DNA of 64,000 nucleotides from Patescibacteria group bacterium (GTDB lineage: Bacteria > Patescibacteriota > Microgenomatia > UBA10105 > UBA927): positions 14,208 to 78,207 of the forward strand of contig DATKGN010000003.1 in NCBI GenBank assembly GCA_035510735.1. The letters are read 5' to 3'. Positions 10,435 through 17,638 of the stretch are shown one piece after another. Below the pieces are notes generated by a model that searched no databases, was not told the origin of the DNA, and saw only the letters and a list, made by a program, of their open reading frames with translations. Numbering within the stretch: position 1 is the first letter of the stretch; every line of letters begins with the position of its first letter. The translations under genes were made by a program, and so were the position numbers.

Positions 10435-11034
10435 ATGGGATTAAACGAAAAACTTCGATTATTACAAGAGCACGATGGGGATATTCAAAAATATTCCTCA
10501 ATCGTAGACATTTTGAAAAGCCCGGAATTACAACATCTTGCAGATGAAGGGAAAATTACCGTTGCGATGGTGCGCCCTCATGCGAGTGATAGTAAGCTTG
10601 GGGGAACGGATGTAGATGCAACCGCAAAAATTATACAGGAAATTAAATCTCGACAGCAGATCCTGTTTGGTTTTTCATGCGTCTTCACCAAAGAGATGTG
10701 CCTCGATTTTTATCAAGGCAGTCCCGTAGAAAATCAGAGCAGGATACCTCCAATCCGCACCTCAAACGCAAAAAACCGTTGGGAGGAATTTATGGATCTT
10801 CTCACTTCGGCTCCCTCGACAGTCCTCATTTTGTATTCCCCTAATGGTGATGCCGTCAAACGGTGGCGCGATCAGATAGGTGTTCGGTATAATTCCGAAA
10901 GCGATCCTACTAAAACTATTCGTGGCAAATTTGGTTTGCCTGACAACCATAATAATCTAGTTCATGGAAGCGATAGCACTAAAGCAGTTAAACGAGAAAT
11001 CAACTTTTTTTTACACTATGGCGGCATTTCATGA
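10435..11034 (+). CDS. ndk: Nucleoside-diphosphate kinase family protein (cassette 5 cargo)
   Basis: TVAMVRP, AVKRWRDQIG, PTKTIRGKFG, NLVHGSDS (catalytic His), AVKREINFF; start ATG 10435 assumed. Confidence 0.8.
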   Translation: MGLNEKLRLLQEHDGDIQKYSSIVDILKSPELQHLADEGKITVAMVRPHASDSKLGGTDVDATAKIIQEIKSRQQILFGFSCVFTKEMCLDFYQGSPVENQSRIPPIRTSNAKNRWEEFMDLLTSAPSTVLILYSPNGDAVKRWRDQIGVRYNSESDPTKTIRGKFGLPDNHNNLVHGSDSTKAVKREINFFLHYGGIS

Positions 11035-11584
11035 ATTTTTAGCAGAAAACGAACTCTTTCGCGTTCTTGGTGACCATGGATTCGATATCGGTCCCGAGCC
11101 TCACCATCAAAGTCAACCACGTCCACTACTTATACGTGGAGATAACCACCTAAATTTCATAATGGGTAAAGAGTCCAATTTTTCTCCTCATTCCGGACAA
11201 ATGGGCAGTTGGGGAGTTTTTTTAGCAGACACAATCTCGGCAGTTATGTTTGGGGACGTCTATTATGTCTTTCATAGTTCCAGGTTGCTTTCAGCTACTG
11301 GTGAAGCTTCATGGTTAAACCCTCAATCGACAAAATGGAACGATCTTTTTGATTCTATTGCTGCAAAAAAACGATTAAATACCCGTACATTAAGCGGAGG
11401 TCTTGAGGCGGAAACCGAAATATATAAACATTATCCAATCTATGAGCCAAACCTTGGCATTGCTACGATCCCGACTTCCGTCTCAATAGCGATGGCAGAC
11501 AAAATAATGATAAAAAAACAAACATATGAAACTGTGCAAAATCGTATTCCCTCCTACCTTCTACCAAAAGTGGTAATATTTTAG
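11018..11584 (+). CDS. Hypothetical protein (cassette 5 second cargo)
   Basis: ORF overlapping the ndk end; start uncertain (10964 or 11018). Confidence 0.6.
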   Translation: MAAFHEFLAENELFRVLGDHGFDIGPEPHHQSQPRPLLIRGDNHLNFIMGKESNFSPHSGQMGSWGVFLADTISAVMFGDVYYVFHSSRLLSATGEASWLNPQSTKWNDLFDSIAAKKRLNTRTLSGGLEAETEIYKHYPIYEPNLGIATIPTSVSIAMADKIMIKKQTYETVQNRIPSYLLPKVVIF

Positions 11585-11723
11585 CTATGGAGATAGCATT
11601 TATTATTGAGTGCAACCTCGATATTGATCCTTTAAAACGTAAGGAAATTCGAGTTCAACGTAAAACGTCTTGTACAAAATTTGGCGATATCGTTTATAGT
11701 CTTTTTTCAAAAATTAGCTTCGT

Positions 11724-11816
11724 GTACCCCTACGAGACCATATACGAACCTGGTTTGCTTCAAATACACAGGAAGCGAACTTGCTACATGCGGTGTATAG
11801 ATGTTTAGCTATATAA
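11724..11816 (+). repeat. 93-bp repeat, copy 6
   Basis: GTACCCCTACGAGACCATATACGAACCTGG; VPLRDHIRTWFASNTQEANLLHAVYRCLAI*. Confidence 0.95.
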
Positions 11817-11838
11817 AATATGCTGGTTGACCGATAAA

Positions 11839-12414
11839 TTATCTTTCCACTTTCCAATCAAATTTTGATGTACCGTTGGCCTCAATAAGTACGAATGGTT
11901 TAGGTGTACCTTGATCTTGTACTACATGAAGTGTGAACAAAGTATTAATTGACTTTGTTTGTAATCCAGGGTAACTTCGTGCTCCCGTGTTTTCTTCCCA
12001 CTCTCTTTCAAAGTCAAGGCTAGAATTACTTAACGATAAACCGGAATTGTGAAATGAGGGTTCAATTTCTTCTTCGTATGTTCTTCTAATTGCGGCATCC
12101 ATAGATTCATTCGCATGCCGTTTTTCCGCATACGTCCCAGGGAGATCTCTGTGTTTACCCTTTTTATTTTCAGCCTCAAAACATTTAAAATGCACACCCC
12201 GATTATGATAAGAAACATCAATGAAGATAGGCCACGTAAGTCTTAGCAACCCATGTTCCATTCTTACAAGTCCGCTATCACCTTCCAATATTTCTTGATA
12301 CAATTCAGTGGGACTTTTTGCTCCGTTCGCACCCCAGGGCCCAATATCAACATAACTCCGTAAATAATCTCTGAATTGATCTAAAGATTTAAAGCCCAAA
12401 AAGTCTTCTGGCAT
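11839..12414 (-). CDS. NUDIX-like protein (cassette 6 cargo)
   Basis: EKRHANESMDAAIRRTYEEEI resembles a degenerate Nudix box; WGANGAKS...ELYQEI and SYPGL motifs. Confidence 0.6.
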   Translation of the reverse strand: MPEDFLGFKSLDQFRDYLRSYVDIGPWGANGAKSPTELYQEILEGDSGLVRMEHGLLRLTWPIFIDVSYHNRGVHFKCFEAENKKGKHRDLPGTYAEKRHANESMDAAIRRTYEEEIEPSFHNSGLSLSNSSLDFEREWEENTGARSYPGLQTKSINTLFTLHVVQDQGTPKPFVLIEANGTSKFDWKVER

Positions 12415-12467
12415 GGGGTAATTGTACTATAGGTTTAAGTAGACTTCAACTTCGAACTTTCATCGAG

Positions 12468-12541
12468 TACCCCCTGCCGGATTCGAACCGGCGGTTCACG
12501 GGCTGAAAACCCGTTGTCCTAGGCCGCTAGACGAAGGGGGC
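12468..12541 (-). tRNA. tRNA-Glu(TTC)
   Basis: Cloverleaf GCCCCCT/AGGGGGT, anticodon arm ACGGG-TT-TTC-AG-CCCGT, T-loop TTCGAAT. Confidence 0.95.
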
Positions 12542-12644
12542 CAACATTAATAAACCAATAATCCAATAAACAAATAAGCAATAAACAATGCTGCAAATTG
12601 GATTTTATCAAAAAATCAATACAAAAGGAAATGAATGAGCTAAA

Positions 12645-13244
12645 TTACGGCTTCTTGGAAAAGCAGTTGCGGCAGCGGGCCTCGTAAGAATCCAACCGGC
12701 CGACTAATGAGGGGTCCGCTTTCAGAGGGTCAATTTTTTTCCCATCGGTGATGCGTTTGTGGAATACCGCCTCGGCTCCGCAAATACTGCAGATCGCGGA
12801 CAATTTCGTCGACTTGTCAGCCATGCTCATAAGCGTCGGGATGGGAGGGAACGGTTGGCGGTCGTAGGTCATAGCAAGGCCCGCAACGATAACATGTTTT
12901 CCCTCATCAAGAAATTTCTGGATGACGGGGATAAGCTCACCGCCGAACCACTGGGCCTCATCAATGGCGATAAGATCCGTATTTTTACGTGTGTTTTTGA
13001 GGATTTGGGATGCTTTGGTGACAAGCTCTGACTCAAAACTTAGCCCGGCGTGGGAAAACACCTTGCGGTCGTTGCCGTAGCGCGTATCGATAGCGTGTTT
13101 AAAAACCTGGACATGCTTTTTGGCAATCGCTGCACGCTTCACCTGGCGTATGAGTTCTTCCGTTTTTCCGCAGTACATGGGGCCGGCGATGACTTCCAGA
13201 TATCCTATGCGTTTTGATACATTTTTCACAAGGATAGTATACAC
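12645..13244 (-). CDS. tdk: Thymidine kinase
   Basis: GPMYCGKTEELIR, IAIDEAQWF, Zn-binding CSIC and CRNC. Confidence 0.95.
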   Translation of the reverse strand: MYTILVKNVSKRIGYLEVIAGPMYCGKTEELIRQVKRAAIAKKHVQVFKHAIDTRYGNDRKVFSHAGLSFESELVTKASQILKNTRKNTDLIAIDEAQWFGGELIPVIQKFLDEGKHVIVAGLAMTYDRQPFPPIPTLMSMADKSTKLSAICSICGAEAVFHKRITDGKKIDPLKADPSLVGRLDSYEARCRNCFSKKP

Positions 13245-13366
13245 CTTTGTATTATTTTTGTGTTTTGCTACTATGTTCCGTTACATGATAGCAAATGGAC
13301 AAATTGATCTATTTCGTATTATTTTAGACCTATTGACGCCTGTAGCAGTTCGTTTATGATGAGTAT

Positions 13367-13383
13367 GTTCGGGTATATTTCGG
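13367..13383 (+). promoter_or_regulatory. Candidate LexA (SOS) box TTCGG-N6-TTCGG
   Basis: GTTCGGGTATATTTCGG is 16/17 identical to the reverse complement of 33499-33515 upstream of lexA; lies just 3' of a TTGACG...TATGAT promoter. Confidence 0.7.
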
Positions 13384-13432
13384 CTTTGTCCGCCATAGCT
13401 TTAGCGACGGCGGAGTATATTTCGGTTAAACC

Positions 13433-13682
13433 TATGAGCGAACCTATTGACGAATCCGTGTCGGTTGACCTTCTCTCCAATCATCTTAAGCGCTCTGCGT
13501 ATCCGTGGATTATCCATTGGCGCGGCAACCGCTATATGATGACAAAAGTTGGTCTCCACCATACGCTTCGTGACGGACGGATTCTTTATCACGTATTTAG
13601 CGTGACGGACGGAAATACGTTTTTTAAGCTCCGGTTTAACACGGAAACACTGGCATGGAAACTCATGGAAATTGACAGTTAA
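13433..13682 (+). CDS. Small protein upstream of dinB (DUF6504-like)
   Basis: P..IHWRGNRY...YHVFSV..G..F.L.F.....W.L pattern; start at MSEPIDE assumed (approximate). Confidence 0.65.
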
Positions 13683-13689
13683 ATCAGGT

Positions 13690-13774
13690 GTCATTGCGAG
13701 GATCCGTCGGCTGACGGAGACAAAGCAATCTAAAAAAAAGATTGCCGCGTCTCGCGGACTCGACTCTCAATGAC
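13690..13774. repeat. REP-like palindromic element with nested hairpin
   Basis: GTCATTGCGAG...GCAATCT/AGATTGC...CTCTCAATGAC with internal TCCGTCGGCTGACGGA. Confidence 0.75.
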
Positions 13775-15200
13775 AAACAAAATGCAATTTACCTTAAAAG
13801 CACCAACAGTGATGCATGTTGATATCAATTCCTGTTTTGCAACTGTTGAGCAGCAGGCAAACCCGCTTATTCGTGGTAAACCCGTGGTGGTTGCAGCATA
13901 TGTGGAGGATCACGGATGTATTCTTGCGGCTTCGCGGGAAGCAAAACAGTTAGGGATCAAAACCGGCATGCGGGTGCGTGAGGCAAAGTGGCTCTACTCC
14001 CGCCTGGTCGTACTTGCGCCGGACCCTGACAAGTATCGCTATGTAAATAGACAGCTTCTGGCAGTCCTTGAGGAATATTCTGCGGAGGTAAGCATTGAAT
14101 CGATTGATGAGATGGTCTTAACCCTTGCAGATTCACCCGCGCTTGAGAGGAAAGTGCAGGAAGTTCGGACGTTGATGTCTAATAATACAGAAAATTGTTC
14201 TATTGTTACATTGTTAGATTGTTGGGGAAACCAAAATAACCCTGAAAGAAAAAATAGCAATATAGCAATAGAACAATGTAACAATTTGGAGAATCACGCA
14301 ATAGTCACTGGGGCGATGGTAGAAATCGGGAAAGAGATAAAACAGAGGATTAAAACGGAAATCGGTGATTGGATGACAGTATCGATCGGCATCGCACCCA
14401 ACCGGTATCTTGCGAAAGTCGCGTCAGGACTTCATAAACCCGACGGGCTGGACATCATTACCCGCGAGAATATTGAGAAGATCTTTACAGGACTTCGGCT
14501 CGAAGACTTGTGCGGCATCAAAGCGGGGAATGCGAACCGTTTACGGTATGCCGGTATCATGAATCCCGGTATCATGTATAGGACGGATGCAGCAGCGCTC
14601 GTGCGGGCGTTTCATTCGATTGTCGGCTATCATTGGTGGAACAGGCTCCACGGGTATGAAGATGGGTCGCTCTATAAAGCGTTTGGCGCCCCGCAGGATG
14701 AGCAAAAAACATTCGGTCAGTCCTACGCCTTCGGGAAGCCGTATATGCCGCAGGATCCGAAAATTCACCAGGTATTAACCCAATTGGTGATCAAAATGGG
14801 TAGACGCGTGCGGCACGCCGGGGCTGTCGCTCACGGGATTGGGGTATCCGCCTTATTTACCGACTATTCTCATTGGGGCGCGCGTGAGACGCATGCGCTA
14901 CCGCTTTTTGCCGACAATGATTTTTTTCACCGGACAAAAACACTCCTTTGTGCTGCTCCGGCCCGGCCTGTTCGGATTCTTGCGGTGTATTGCTTTAAGC
15001 TTGATAGAACACTCTATGCGCAGGAAAGCCTCCTACCGGAAGAGACAAAAAAGAAGCAACTGACCCAGGCGATAGATGCTATCGGTGACCGGTGGGGAGA
15101 ATTTGTCCTCACGAGCGGCCGGATGCTTCATATGGATGAACAGGTTCTCGACCGGATTGCGTTTGGGAAAGTACGGGATCTGACGAAAACAACCGTTTAA
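13770..15200 (+). CDS. dinB: Y-family DNA polymerase IV
   Basis: MHVDINSCFATVEQ, ASREAK..GIKTGM, SIDE, SIGIAPNRYLAKVASGLHKPDG. Confidence 0.92.
   Translation: MTNKMQFTLKAPTVMHVDINSCFATVEQQANPLIRGKPVVVAAYVEDHGCILAASREAKQLGIKTGMRVREAKWLYSRLVVLAPDPDKYRYVNRQLLAVLEEYSAEVSIESIDEMVLTLADSPALERKVQEVRTLMSNNTENCSIVTLLDCWGNQNNPERKNSNIAIEQCNNLENHAIVTGAMVEIGKEIKQRIKTEIGDWMTVSIGIAPNRYLAKVASGLHKPDGLDIITRENIEKIFTGLRLEDLCGIKAGNANRLRYAGIMNPGIMYRTDAAALVRAFHSIVGYHWWNRLHGYEDGSLYKAFGAPQDEQKTFGQSYAFGKPYMPQDPKIHQVLTQLVIKMGRRVRHAGAVAHGIGVSALFTDYSHWGARETHALPLFADNDFFHRTKTLLCAAPARPVRILAVYCFKLDRTLYAQESLLPEETKKKQLTQAIDAIGDRWGEFVLTSGRMLHMDEQVLDRIAFGKVRDLTKTTV
14193..14287. repeat. Inverted 8-mer arrays inserted in frame within dinB
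   Basis: (NATTGTTN)x4 ... (NARCAATN)x4. Confidence 0.8.
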
Positions 15201-15335
15201 CAAAGTAACGAAAACAACAAAACGACCAAGTAACTAAGTAACCAATTAACAAAACAACGAGAATAACAAATTAACGAAAACAACAAAACGACAAGACGAC
15301 GAAATAACCAAGTAACAAAATGACAAATAAACAGG
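15198..15335 (+). repeat. Degenerate 8-9-mer tandem array (about 17 units, TAACNAAN-like)
   Basis: TAACGAAAA CAACAAAA CGACCAAG TAACTAAG TAACCAAT TAACAAAA... fills the dinB-rarA gap. Confidence 0.85.
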
Positions 15336-15345
15336 AAGGTGTAAA

Positions 15346-16533
15346 ATGGCAGGGATGAACGATACACGGCCACTTGCCGAAATATTACGACCGAAAACAC
15401 TTGATGATGTTGTCGGTCAAGATCATCTTGTCGGCGCTAACGGCATTATACGAAAATTGCTGGCGGCGGAGTTTTTGCCGTCTATGATCTTTTGGGGCCC
15501 TCCCGGATGCGGCAAGACAACGCTCGCCCAACTTCTTGCAACCCTTACGGACGCACATTTTGAGTCACGATCGGCAGTTACGTCTGCGCTTGCCGATGTC
15601 CGAAAAATTATTAAAGAATCTGAAGAACGGTTAACGCGCGGGCAAAAGACGGTTTTTTTCCTGGATGAAATTCACCGGTTTAATAAGGCCCAGCAGGATG
15701 CACTCCTCCCTCACGTTGAGCGGGGAACAGTTATATTTATCGGTGCGACGACCGAAAATCCCTCGTTTGAAGTTATCTCGCCGCTCCTTTCGCGGTGCCG
15801 CGTCCTTGTGGTGAAACCGCTTGAAACGGAAAGTCTGCGGATTATTACCGATAAAGCATTAGCCTATGTGAAAGGGAAAATAGACGCTGAGGCGAGGACG
15901 TTTTTATTGGAGGTTGCAAACGGTGACGCCAGGAGTCTTCTTAATATTATTGAAATTGCCTCCCAACTTTCTAAAAAAAAGACCATGACAACTGCGATTA
16001 TCGAAGAGGCGGCACAGAGAAAAATGCTTCAATATGACCGGGTCGGCGAGGAACATTACAACACAATTTCTGCCTTCATTAAATCGATGCGGGCGAGTGA
16101 CCCTGATGCTGCACTTTACTATTTGGCCCGGATGGTTGCAGCAGGTGAAGACCCACTCTTCATTGCACGGCGGATGGTGGTATTCGCATCTGAAGACATT
16201 GGAATGGCTCAACCGACGGCTTTGGTGGTCGCTAATGCCGTGTTTGAGGCGTGCAATAAAATAGGCTATCCCGAGTGCCAGGAAAATTTAGCCCACGGTG
16301 TCGTCTATCTGTGTCTTGCAAAAAAAGACAGAAGTGCGTATAACGCCTATATGGCGGCGCTCGCGGATGCCAAGAAGTTCGGAAATCTTCCTATACCTTT
16401 GAATATCCGAAACGCACCAACGAATCTTATGAAATCCCTGGGGTACGGCGCTGGCTACGATAAATATACAAAAGAAAGTTTATTACCCGATAAATTAAAA
16501 GGTAAAACATATTATAATAGGAGCTCATCATGA
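15346..16533 (+). CDS. rarA: Replication-associated recombination protein A (MgsA)
   Basis: PLAEILRP, WGPPGCGKTT, DEIHRFNKAQQD, GATTENPSF, SAFIKSMR.SD.DA. Confidence 0.95.
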   Translation: MAGMNDTRPLAEILRPKTLDDVVGQDHLVGANGIIRKLLAAEFLPSMIFWGPPGCGKTTLAQLLATLTDAHFESRSAVTSALADVRKIIKESEERLTRGQKTVFFLDEIHRFNKAQQDALLPHVERGTVIFIGATTENPSFEVISPLLSRCRVLVVKPLETESLRIITDKALAYVKGKIDAEARTFLLEVANGDARSLLNIIEIASQLSKKKTMTTAIIEEAAQRKMLQYDRVGEEHYNTISAFIKSMRASDPDAALYYLARMVAAGEDPLFIARRMVVFASEDIGMAQPTALVVANAVFEACNKIGYPECQENLAHGVVYLCLAKKDRSAYNAYMAALADAKKFGNLPIPLNIRNAPTNLMKSLGYGAGYDKYTKESLLPDKLKGKTYYNRSSS

Positions 16534-16952
16534 AAACAGAGATATCAGCGGGAGGCGTTGTGGTCAGGAAAAAGAAGGGTGAGTGGCAGGTTCTTCTTAT
16601 CCGCGATATGAATGATACCTGGACGTTCCCGAAGGGGAAAATTGAAAAAGGCGAAACGAGGAAGAGTGCTGCCACCCGTGAAATTAAAGAGGAAGTGGGA
16701 CTCACGGCCATCCGCTATATCGCTCCCGCGAAGGTGATTCACTACTTCTATAAACGCGGCAGTTTGGTTGACAAAACGGTTTATTATTATATGTTTGAGT
16801 CACAGAAGCATGAGCGGTTGATGTGTCAAAAAGAAGAGGGTATTCGTGATGCCAGATGGCTTTCATTCAGTACGGCATATAAACGATTGGGCTATCCTCA
16901 AAGCAACGGGCCGGTATTAAAAAACGCTGAAAAATTGCTTTCATCCGTATGA
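16530..16952 (+). CDS. NUDIX hydrolase
   Basis: PKGKIEKGETRKSAATREIKEEVGL Nudix box. Confidence 0.9.
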   Translation: MKTEISAGGVVVRKKKGEWQVLLIRDMNDTWTFPKGKIEKGETRKSAATREIKEEVGLTAIRYIAPAKVIHYFYKRGSLVDKTVYYYMFESQKHERLMCQKEEGIRDARWLSFSTAYKRLGYPQSNGPVLKNAEKLLSSV

Positions 16953-17635
16953 TTACCCTTCTTCACGGTGATTTTATAGAAGCATCACGGAGTGAACTGA
17001 ACCGCCTAAAACAGGCCGCCATAGGACGCGAATTACGGGAATTAGACGGACGGACGGTCGTTGAATCCGATCTCACTCAATCTCTTGAGTCGTCTTCATT
17101 ATTTGGAGAGGACACGGTCGTTATCATCGAACGGTTATTTTCAAAAATCGGGCGTCAGCCGAAACGCATTGAGAAGCTTTGTGCCCTTTTAGCAGGCGAC
17201 TGGTCAACAGATATTATTCTCTGGGAGGACAAAGAATTAGGTGCGACGGTCGTAAAACAGCTCGGGAGCAAAGCACAGGTGCGTCTGTTTAAATTGCCGG
17301 TGTTAATTTTTCAATTCCTCGATTCCATACGTCCGAATAACGCATCGCAAGTACTTGGTATTTATGAAAAACTTATGGCGGATGTGGCGCCGGAACTTGC
17401 ATTTTCGATGCTTGTGAAACGGGTGAGACAGCTCATCCAGCTCTCTGATGGCGGAAGTCCTGCGGGTCTCGCAGGATGGCAAATAAGTCGATTGACAACA
17501 CAGACAAAGTCTTTTACGATGGAACAACTCGTGCGTTTTTACCGGCAGACGCGTGATAGCGAAGTAGCAATGAAAACCGGAACGTCGGCATTTAGGGCGC
17601 GGGAACATGTTGAATATTTGCTCAGCTCACTCTAA
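16949..17635 (+). CDS. holA: DNA polymerase III delta subunit-like
   Basis: ITLLHGD start, SSLFG, D...KTG C-terminal motif. Confidence 0.7.
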   Translation: MITLLHGDFIEASRSELNRLKQAAIGRELRELDGRTVVESDLTQSLESSSLFGEDTVVIIERLFSKIGRQPKRIEKLCALLAGDWSTDIILWEDKELGATVVKQLGSKAQVRLFKLPVLIFQFLDSIRPNNASQVLGIYEKLMADVAPELAFSMLVKRVRQLIQLSDGGSPAGLAGWQISRLTTQTKSFTMEQLVRFYRQTRDSEVAMKTGTSAFRAREHVEYLLSSL

Positions 17636-17638
17636 GTC

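Larger units (their letters stand above)
6816..12467. mobile_element. Tandem cassette island at the 3' end of tRNA-Glu (six units)
   Basis: Six direct repeats delimit AT-rich orphan genes; the array abuts the tRNA 3' end, which shares GTA(N)CCCCT and CGAACC with the repeats. Confidence 0.8.

Noticed and set aside
11587-11808. 73-aa ORF crossing repeat 6 (YPYETIYEPG frame)
   Set aside because: Uses a non-conserved frame of the repeat; the other copies conserve only the PLRDHIRTW frame.
6816-11816. CRISPR array interpretation of the 27-nt repeats
   Set aside because: Spacers are 0.7-1.5 kb and contain whole genes, there are no cas genes, and the repeat continues as a coding-constrained tail.
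6816-12467. Classical integron (attC) interpretation
   Set aside because: No RYYYAAC...GTTRRRY palindromic attC structure and no intI; cargo genes have their own promoters and mixed orientation.
13356-13432. N-terminal extension MMSMFGYISALSAIALATAE
   Set aside because: Translation of promoter, operator and palindrome DNA.
15197-15400. 67-aa hydrophobic minus-strand ORF
   Set aside because: Artefact of the 8-mer tandem array.
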